A stretch of DNA of 64,000 nucleotides from Paraspadella gotoi (taxonomy: Eukaryota > Animalia > Chaetognatha). The translations under genes and the position numbers were made by a program. The first letter of the stretch is position 1. The number at the start of each line of letters is the position of its first letter. The stretch is taken from positions 16,497,074 to 16,561,073 of the forward strand of contig CM119268.1 in assembly GCA_051294375.1 (NCBI GenBank), written 5' to 3'. Under the pieces are notes generated by a model. That model ran no database searches. It was given only the letters and a program-made list of their open reading frames with translations, and was not told the origin of the DNA. Below, piece after piece: positions 53,411 to 64,000 of this stretch.

Positions 53411-53931
53411 CGCCGATACATTTGGAGGGATCCAGGAAGATTCTATCGATTAAAAAGATAGTTGGGTGGAGGGCGATTGGAAAGGAAGGGCGGTGGATAG
53501 GGAGAATAGGGGAAGGATAGATATAATAAGGATAGAAGGATAGCTTGGTGTATAGGTTATTAAGTCTTGGACGGAGAATGGTGTGCCGTATTTTCCAAAA
53601 GCGCCGTATTTCAGCTTGAATATAAGATTTAGTTAATTTCTTGGTTTAAAGAATAAGTTAAATTTTAATAATCCTATTGGGAAGGAATCCTATTTTAAGA
53701 ATTTAAGTAATAACAAACAGTGAAAGAAGGAAAAAGGGATGAATGAATAACAAAGGCTACGCACCAAAATTACCTTTTTTATTGGCGGTTGTTATGGGGA
53801 CTGTAGTAAATATATTCTAATTTTGCGTTGTAAAAGTCCCATGATATTCGATTGACCTTTAAGCGGGAGGGCGATGATTGGATGAAGAAAGTCTTGTCAT
53901 CAGTGCCAGATATAAGGAAAGAAAGAGAGAA

Positions 53932-53981
<50 letters not shown>

Positions 53982-55083
53982 GATGAGAGAGAGAAGAGAG
54001 AGAGGAGAGAAGGACCAGGAGGGAGGGAGTGAGATGATATTTTGGTGGGTAGTTGTTTCGTCGGAAGGCGCGATGTTGTTTTGGGCGGTGAGGGACTCAG
54101 CGTCGATGGCAAAAAGTCTCTCTTACCTGATTATTGTGGCCAACCGGGCAGACGACGGCGGAACAATTTGATTGGATGGTTATGATAATTTTAAATAAAT
54201 TCATTTTATTATGTCTGCTTTTGATTAATATCATGAATCAATTTTTAATATGTCTTTGATAAGAAATTGGTAAAAATTGTTTCTAATAAAGCAATTTTGT
54301 TATGCAGTATGGAAACATTAACTCTTCGTAAATTCAAAGTTCAACTAATGCTTTTTTATTTAGCTCTGTCCTATTTATAATTTAAGAGAGATAGAGTCAA
54401 TCACACAAACCAATCGGCCAATCGGTAAGAAGAAGAAGAAAAAAAAAACAATCTCTCCCTCCATCGTCTGCCGTCGATAAATCGTAAAGGAAAATCTTCT
54501 CCTTTTTTTCTTTTGAAGATCAAAAGGAGAAACTTGTACCCAAAAGGGGAACGAGAAAAATTGGAAGGGATGGGAAGGAGAGGGAGGAAAGGAGGAAGGA
54601 GGAAGGGAATGAGATGGAGAAGAGGAGGAAGAAGGAGGAAGGGAAAGAGAGGGAGAAGAGGAGGAAGAAGGAGGACGGGAAGGAGAGGGGGAAAGGAGGA
54701 AGGAGGAGGAAGGGAAGGAGAGGGAGGAAGGGAAGGAGGAAGATGGAGGAAGGGAAGGAGAGGGAGGAAAAGAGGAAGAAGGAGAAAGGGAGGGAGGAAA
54801 TAGTATTGGTGAAAATCTGATGAAATAAAAGAAAGAAAATTATGGAAAGAAAAAATAAAAGTGAACATTAAAAAAATCGATGTAAAATTAGTTATGAAAT
54901 AAAAAAAAAACGGAGAAACAGACAAAAAACAATAACAGAAAACAAAGGGAAAAAAACGATGTAAAAAGCGGAAGAGCTTAACATTAACTGACTAAGAGAC
55001 GCCGCTTCGCCCCTTGTTTCAAGTATGTAAAGTTTTCCTGGGCGTCAATGAAGAGACTTACTTTCTTGTCGATTTGTGAGGGG

Positions 55084-55162
<79 letters not shown>

Positions 55163-58100
55163 TAGAGAGGAAGTGACATTATAAGCTGAAGGCGGCGACA
55201 GGGTAAGTAAACAACCGAGGAAAGTCAAAGCCGAAAGTACAAATCCGATTTGTGGGGGAAACGGCAGAGAACGAGAGAGGGAACTGGATCACTCTTCAAC
55301 TACCTTCAAGAAACAAAATCAAACTCCTTATGGACTATTTGTTTATTGTTATTGCCTGCCTTTTCTCTGCATAATCTACATATTTGATATGTTAATTATT
55401 ATCATCCAACGTGTATCTTATGTCAATAAAACTCTCCTATTTCTCACTTAATAAACCACGCCTGCTTCCTTCGTTGATTGGATGGCCAACCATTTTTCCC
55501 CAGTAGAGGTTAAATATTATTGCGATGCACATATTTTATCTTGTTTTTAATTTGTTTTTATTCTGTTTTAACTTGTTTTTAAATTATTTTTAATTAGTTT
55601 TTAATACATTTATTTTCGTGCTGTTCTTAATTGATACAAATAACCTCACTTACCTTCGAATTCGTGGCCGAGGGAAAATGAGTACAAACCAGAATAATTT
55701 ATTATATACTTATTTTCTATTATATTATATATGCCTATTATATTATATTTTTTTAAATCATATTTTTTTTAAATATACTCAGGTGATGCAGGGTTTTGGT
55801 CTGTTCTAAGATAAACATTCAAAATATACCTTTAAAAATATAAGATAAGCAGACAAACGCGAGGATCACCATTTCGGTGATGGCTCTGCCTATACCTGGA
55901 TATTGGGATTAAAGAGCGAAATCCATGAGAGGGTATAGGTTCCCAACTGATGACCTTCCCATTGTAAAACATAAAGAAAAAAATATTTAAAAAAGAAATA
56001 ATTAAAAAATAGGATAAAGAAAAAATACAATTTTCATTAAAGTATTTTAAAAATAGACCTTTCCCGATATGTATCCCTATCAGAACATACAATTCTACAT
56101 GTAGTCTTATCCCTATTGGAAAAAAAATTGGTCCCCCTCAAAAAATTATCCGCATTCCCACCCCTTTCTGCTTCAGCTCTTGATATTATGATTTTTCATT
56201 AATGACTTTCTAGGACAGATAGTAATCTAACCTTGTGTTGTAAAGATGCTCCTCTATTTCCAGAAGACAACACTGACTTCCCTTCCCAAATTGAATTATT
56301 ATATAAATAAAACATTTTTTAAAAAGAAAGCAATATATGTTTGAGTTAAATAATATAGATTAAATACTAATCCTTCATAAAAATATTAAAATATTAATTA
56401 GAAAAATAGAAAATAGTGAAACAAGTAATTTGCAAAAATTTTCATACATAACCTTTTTAAGACTGAATAAACAGTATATATTAAATTATTTTAATGCAAG
56501 TGACAAATACTTCCAAAAAAGGCTATCTTTAACTGTTATTAACTGTTTATCTTTAAAAAAATTTTCGATAAAAAATTTTATTTTTCGATTTTTAAATTAA
56601 AAATGCCGAAAAATACTGGAAAGTAACCTCGACAAAGTTTTTTTTCCATCATGTAGTGATCTCGCAAATGTTACTTTCAAAGAAATTAATTGGAAAATGA
56701 TGTAATAGTAATTGATTGATTGAGTGTAATAGTAATTGATTGATATAATAGTAACGATTGATGTAATAGTAATTGATATAATAATAATTGATAATTAATG
56801 GCGATGATAACCAATTATTGATGCGATGATAACCAAATGATCTGATGCATGATACCAAATGTGGATGCGATAACAAATGATTATGCGATGAAAAAACCAA
56901 ATGATTGATGCGATGATAACCAAATATTGATGCGAATGATAACCAAATAGATGGATGGGATGATAACGCAAAATAATGGATGCGAATGATAGTCATTTCA
57001 TTGATGCATAATCAGTAATAAAAGGAGATAGACCCCGACGCGGGTCTATTAACCCTGCGTATTTCACCTTCTCTCATCTCCTCCGCAGGGTTACGGGGCC
57101 GCGTTCACGAGGTTCAGTTCACCTTTCTCTCTTGCTCCAAGTTTCCTCCCTTTTTTTACCCTCATGTAAATTCTTGTTGGTATAGATTTTCCTGCCGTCA
57201 ATATATTATTTTTCCCGCTTCGCCGTGCTACTTCTGGTTAGGATACCTTTTTCAGAAGTGACGCCGCAATTGTGTTACTTGAACCCACAGAATAAACCAA
57301 ATAAGTGCTCCACGGCGACTGTATTTAAAAACCGGAAGAAAACAAAGTAAAACAAAAACGAAAAAATGAAAGGAAAAAACCACTGAAAAACTTTCCAATT
57401 TGTTTTTAAATTAAAAAATTAGATAATGATAATCATTCATTGATGCGATGATAGTCCATTCATTTTATGCGATGATAGTCATTCATTGATACGATGATAA
57501 GTCCCATTCATCGCTGACTCACGATATGTTATTATGACACTCCGGAATCATCTGATCGAGATGATAAGCTCTGATAGGAATATGATGGCGAAGATAATTA
57601 GTTGCAGTTCATGTTGAATGGCGAGAGATAGTCAGTTTATAGACGCGATGAATGGTCATATGTCATTCAATCGTAAATAAATGACTATAAACTCATATAT
57701 GCGTAGAGGAAGAGAGAGAGAGAGAGATGTATGGAAGAGAAAAGAGAGAATATATTCTCTCAAAAAGAATAGTGTTCTGCGAAGAAAGTGTTACTATTAC
57801 TAAGAAGGAAAAATTAATGAAAAAACTCTGTAAAAAAAAAAGATGCAAAGATGAAACAAGGAGAAAGTGACGAGTGAGGGTAATGAGGAGTAGAAGAAGA
57901 GAGAGAAAGGAGAGGAGACGCACGAAAGAAAAGGGTAGGATGTCATCGGAGTTGAGAAGAGTTGAGAGACAAAGAGAGAGGAAAAGAAAAAGAGAAAGAA
58001 GGAAGAAGAAGAGAGGAATAGAGATTAGAATAAGAGACAAGAATATGAGTATAGGAAACCAATAATGTGAGATGAAGATGATAACCGAGTGAATTGGATA

Positions 58101-61100
58101 AGAGTAATGAACCTATAATTAGTATATTAAAAACTATTATTAAATAATGATTGATAAGATAGGATAGTACCGATATGATATGATTGTTGAATCGATATCA
58201 CTCATTGACAGCGAATGAAATCATTCATATGATAAACCACAATGAGAAAGCAAACAAATGACGTTTTATGAGTGAGAGTAAGAAAAAAAAAAAAGGAGAA
58301 GTAAAAAAAAAATTCCCAACTAAGTATGGAAGAGTTGAGTAGCCCTACCTCAACGTGAGACAAAAATTAGAAATGATAACATGCTCAAAACAAATAATTT
58401 ATACATTTTTGAAAAGTAAGAGTCGCACTTATCAATGGACAAACAAATCTTTTCTCTCTATGATTTGGAGAGAGCTCTATACACCCTAATAATTATTGTA
58501 ATATTATTAATAAATAAGAAAGCCAATTTTGTTAATAATTTTTTAGCATTTTGTAAGACCAGATTGTGGAAGACGATCCGACGGAGACTTTAAATTCCCG
58601 ATCGCCGTTGCCCAAGCAAACAAAGACACGACGGAACTGTCGGCACTATCGGGCTGTAGCCCGACACCTAACAGGTGAGTGAGACGTAACACTCCCGTGC
58701 TCCACACCTATTTAACACACTTGTTGGCAGAACATCCTAGCACAAAGGCGCACGAACCCGAGTCCTTTGGTTGGGAGAAGCTCGTGCCTAACGCTCCGGC
58801 GACCATAATCGGGTGCTGCTGATTGCGTCGACGAGTACACTTTTTGGGTGTATTTGAGAATGGATCGCTAACAAGGGCTGACGACATCCCCCCCCTCCTG
58901 AGGTCACTGGCTAACAACACCCGCGCAAGTGCTGATGGACTGATGAAAGATCGCAGCAGCGCTATATGTCGCCCGGAAGCACTGCTAGCGTAGGGGCTGA
59001 CGCAACTGATTCCTGGCTCACTCGTATCTGTCACGACACAACGATGGATCGAGTCGAGGGAGACAGGGAGGGTAATTATTATAACTATGCCGCGGGGCAA
59101 AGGGGTGTATTAATGTGCCAGCGAGTGCTTTGCTCGTATGCGAGCTCACCAGTGAGATAAGACGATGCGTCGCCGGCAGCGAGTGACAGCTGAGTACCGT
59201 TGATCAACCACTCAGAGTGATCCCGACACTTCCGCGATCGGGCCTCTAACGTATCTCGGACTCACGTACTAGGTGGTGCTTCACGATCGCCCCCGTCGCG
59301 CTTTTACTTGTGAATCATGCAGGGCGCCGACCAGAGTCTATCTCTTGGGTTGGAGTAGCAGCTCGTGCACCTCCGGCGCAATAGGTGCTTATGCTGATCT
59401 CTCGGCGAAGTAGTGAGGGTATTCGAATACTACCAGCTACAAGATCAGATAACTCATATGCATAAAAAGTGTTCTAGCATGAAACATAAAAATTTTTCTT
59501 TCTTAAATATTTTCTCCACTCCTATAATCTAGAATCAAAAATAAGAAAAACTCTCTTGTACAAAAATCAATCATCATCTTTCGATGATGTATAAAATTTT
59601 CTTTTATATTTTCGCCATAAGAATACACGTTCACAGAATTCTTTAAAAAGCTAATAAATTATATTTCTTGTCTAACTTCTTTTAATGGCTCTATCAGAAT
59701 CCATCAAAAAAGTTTTAAGATTTCAAAAAATAAAAAATTTTCTATAATGTAAAAAAAGAATAAGTAATCTTTAATGTATTAATCAGAGACGTCATATGTA
59801 AATATTTGTTTCTTGGAAAGAAAGAGATTGAGCTTAAAGTATTTGTCCAAACTCGACGAACTCAAAAATACTTTGTCCTAATAGTTCAACCACATTGTAC
59901 CTATTATCATTTGGTGTTGCGTTCTATGGTTAGAGATGATTATTTAATATGTCGATCTTAATACGGAGATCTGAATTTCTCTCTAACACATCTCATTTTT
60001 TACACTCACTTACCAGGATTAAAACTCTATATATTCCACTACTATTTTTTTATTCTCTCATGTTTATTTTTATGCATTAAAATTTCTTATAAAGGTAAAA
60101 ATACTCTCTTAATTTTTTTTTTTTTCGATAAAGGAGATGAATCTTTTTTGTCTTATACGGCTCTTCCAGTAGCTCTCAAGAATATATCCCCGGCTATGTA
60201 TAGCAAAATGTTAGATCGATTAAAACCGAGTTAAATAAGAGATAATGGCGCTAATTACAATATAGAGCCTCAAATTAAATTAACTTAATACATAATACTT
60301 TGACATTTGTTATTTACTTAAAGATGAGTGATTAAACTTTTCTCGCCTCAGGAAGAGTAGAGTTAAGGGAATTGCATGATTGTAAAGCATGTAGATAGTA
60401 TGAAGAGAGAAAGGATGTGGAGAGCGGAAGTAAGTAAGAGCAAGCATGATGATGTTATATGTGTGAACAGGATACTTTGTTAAGAGGGTTGTGCCAGTAT
60501 TCATCGCTTAAATACAGAAAGCGTCAGTAACATCGCTAGAAGCTGACTAATGACTCATTAATAAATAAAATCTATATCATTAGAATTGAGTTGGAGTGTA
60601 ATAGATAAGTGGAGATGTGATAGACAGGCATTATTTTGCGGGAGAGAGACGGAGAGTGCTAGAGAGGAAAAGAGAGTAGTAAGTGTGTGAAAGTATAAGT
60701 ATAGGCGTTAACCGCGAGTGTATGCGACAATTCTATTACAGAGAAACAGAGATATATGGAAACTATTAGGCAATATAATTAATAAAGAACACTTTGTATC
60801 AGAACGACAGAAAGACAGACACGGAGCATTATCTTTACTCAATCACAGGTCACAAAAATTCCTATCAATGTACACACATAGTTGAACGAGTAGAGCGCTC
60901 TATTCACACATACGATTGTAGAACATAGATTTCGAAGCTATCTCTAGTAATCCACTAGAGTCTTATATATATATAACTGTAAATACTGACTCATGCTTAG
61001 CGATGAGAGCTAATACCCCTTCTTATACTCAATCACTAAACCGACTACAGAAGCATGAACTATTCAGTTTTTAGCTTTAATATATCTCTAAATTATCTAG

Positions 61101-63169
61101 TAAGAAGCGGAGCTTAGAAAAGAACTATTATTTATATCACATGATTATAGGATTAGAATAGGTTTGAGTGAAATCTCTTCATATAGAGTTGGTAGAGGAA
61201 AATTAATTTATGATTTAGTTTCGACGAAAAACTGATTTTTTATTGTGGGTATACAGATTATGTCATCTGACAATATGTTTATTACGAACGTATACTATTT
61301 CGTTCATCATCAGTGCTTTTAACTCTTCTTGTTACAGCACTTGTCATATTATTCGTGAGTTCTTAAAGAGTATGGGTATATCCTAATAATTTAGGGACAA
61401 GCACGAGGAGGACGAAAGAGAGAGTAAAGTAGCTCACCAAAACAATACACTCTCCTCCTGTACTCTCGCTCTACTCTCCACTCATCCGGGGTCTCATGCA
61501 CGCGCGAGACCTTGTTCTCTTGGACGTCAGTTGGCCCCAGTCAGCTACCTCCTCTCAAGCATCTCCTTCAACTGTAGCTAACCCGGGACGACTCCTATGC
61601 CCGTGTCTCGCCTCAACCTCCACAAGTCACGTGCTCTCGCACTGAAGATGGCGGGGTCCCTTGAGCTCCAGCTGCACAAGCAAGCAGAAAGGGACTCATC
61701 TCACAGGCCACCTCCTTCAGCATGCTACGTGAGCATGACGCGCACTAGTCTGGCTAAGCTTGCACTCGACAGGCTTCCTCGGTCTGTCGATGTTAAGCAG
61801 TTATGCAATGAGGCTGGTACTCCAGACACTAACCGACGGAGATCACGGACCGTCAATTCCGATCGCACCTCCACTATTCTCCATTTAGACCCTCTAGGCC
61901 GAACCACGACGAGAGCATGACACAGATAGAGACCTCGATCTGACACGGCCTGATAAAGGGGGAGGGGAGAGGAGAGCTCGATTTGTGGAGAGAGGATTGA
62001 CGTATTTCGTATGTAGAATATGTTTCTATTTGTCACCACGAGATACAGTCAATTTGTATGCAGAACGTAGTATCCAAGATAGTTCAGAAGCAGCCAAGAG
62101 ATGAAAAACTGAGTATATAGTACTATGAGATGGTTATCATTGGTTATAATCTTCTAGTGTTCTCAGTTGGATTTTATAAATTTGAGCTTATAGACGATAT
62201 ACGAGCTACGATATTCAATTTATGGTCTAGTAATCTTCCGAGCTATTGAGACTTATTTTTAAGTTCGTTACATGTCTCGTTCACGAGTTCACTCGTCTGT
62301 CACACGTGTCGATACGTACTGAGTTCTCACCTGCTCTGTATTATGATCTTCTCCGAGGATAGCCAGATCGCTGGTTGCCACATGCACACGGACGGGAGCA
62401 TGATAAAAAAGGTTAGTACGAGCCTCTGCGTAACAGATAACTCATGAAAGTTGTGTTGAGAGCTTAGCGCCAATGTGTGAGTCACTGTTGTACTTTCTTT
62501 TCTCTCTTAGACTTCTCTCCGTATCTCCGCGCGCTCCTTCTATCTAATCACGTTGGAGCGTCATCCCAACATCTCTCTTTGCTATTTCCATCGTTTCAAA
62601 TATTACGTTCGAATCATCGTCTCTGCTCTACCTATAACAAATAAAAATTCTGTTGCTAGAACACAACTTATTCTAAATATATTGTTATTCTTCGTCTAAA
62701 TATATATATACTTTATCACAAAAAACAAAATATAACAAGCCGTTTACAATTGGTACACTAATTCTATTTTCTTTTTGTAATTGAAGTTGTAATACAGTGT
62801 ATTCTCCAATTTTTTATTTTATATTAAAATTTAGATAAAGCTTCTTCTGGTTATAAAATTGTCCAAAAGTATTTTTTTGTATGAATATGTCTGTTTCAAT
62901 ATGGATTTACTGCAATTAATTCAAATTGGATTATAGTACTCTATAACTAATTTTCATATTAACAGAATGTAATTTGCATATCTGCAGTAAATCAATCAAT
63001 GAAGAAAAATTTCAAACAAAATAATTGAGTTATATATGAAAGCATGACAATTGCAAAGATCTTAAAAGATAAGAAACCATGTGTAATATTTTTGAACCTA
63101 CTATGATCGCACTCTTTATATCCATTCTTATTAATTGAAGGGGATTTTTTTATATTAGGAGACCTCTCC

Positions 63170-63229
<60 letters not shown>

Positions 63230-63642
63230 CGGAAAAGGCTTTCCGGTGAAATCCTCGTCTCATCCTTCTCATCCCGGGTAAGGTCGTTTTGTGGCCTACC
63301 TCATCCGCTGCCGTGGCGGCGGGGGGGATAAAAGGAAGTTGGGTGAAATGCCAATACGGGATTTGACCGCGCGAATTTTCTTTCCGTCCTTGATGGGCGT
63401 CGCGGTCGTCGTTCGTCGTCGTCGTCGTTTGTGGTGTCGTCGTTCTTTAAATTCGACGGCGATATTTTATAACAAGTCAGTGAAAGAAATAGGATTCGAA
63501 TGTAGCAATGCAGTTTGACATCATAAGAATAAATTTATGTAAACGTTGATATGATTCACGAATTTGTTATGATAACTTGTTTTGACATAAGTTAAAAAAT
63601 GAGAAGTCAAATATTCCNNNNNNNNNNNNNNNNNNNNNNNNN

Positions 63643-63677
<35 letters not shown>

Positions 63678-64000
63678 TTTTAAAAATTACTGCGTTGTTT
63701 TAAATTATTAGTCTATCTTTAAAAGATATGACAAGTGGAAGAAGTATACATAATTAGAAAATATGCCACAATATCCAAAAAAATTAATTTCCATCCTGAG
63801 CTAACTAAATCCAATCATGTAAAGTTATATCCTCATATATATAAAAAAGTATATAATTATATATGTAAAAGGGTTTGCCAGTGATCGTTTCAAATGTCTG
63901 GAGAATAAATACTCGTCATTCCAGTTGAAATTCGCCGAGGGTTTTGCGTCGTCGTCGTTGTCGTCGTCGTCGTCGTCTTCTTATTCCAATTCCACTTCAT

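Noticed and set aside
61290-61316. Minus-strand CTGATGA-TGAAC-GAAA hammerhead-like core
   Set aside because: Stem II and stem I do not pair, and it lies in low-quality sequence.

Overview
AT-rich, intron-containing animal genomic DNA (not prokaryotic) with N gaps and noisy, long-read-like stretches from about 44 kb onward. Genes reconstructed from splice signals and protein similarity: a large multi-exon choline/ethanolamine-kinase-like gene with a vWA-like N-terminal region (+, 1421-9288); a complete pecanex-4 (PCNX4) gene (-, 42588-28196) whose introns host four complete genes (H-type ferritin with an IRE-like hairpin, C1orf50/DUF2452, Mpv17 and TEX49/SPMIP11); and a repeated, error-laden gene for a probably secreted coiled-coil plus discoidin-like protein (-, 44.6-52.3 kb). 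The 14.5-25.6 kb region is a nest of DINE-1/Helentron-like non-autonomous elements with 18-bp minisatellites and MITEs. The most striking signal is a ~230-280-nt repeat family carrying a circularly permuted (P5-type) twister ribozyme with several covarying pairs. One copy looks intact (27558-27620, -), one sense intronic copy has lost the catalytic G, and one copy begins at the predicted cleavage site. A separate family of minimal Penelope-type hammerhead ribozymes is also present. All protein and RNA family assignments are from recognition by eye, without database searches.
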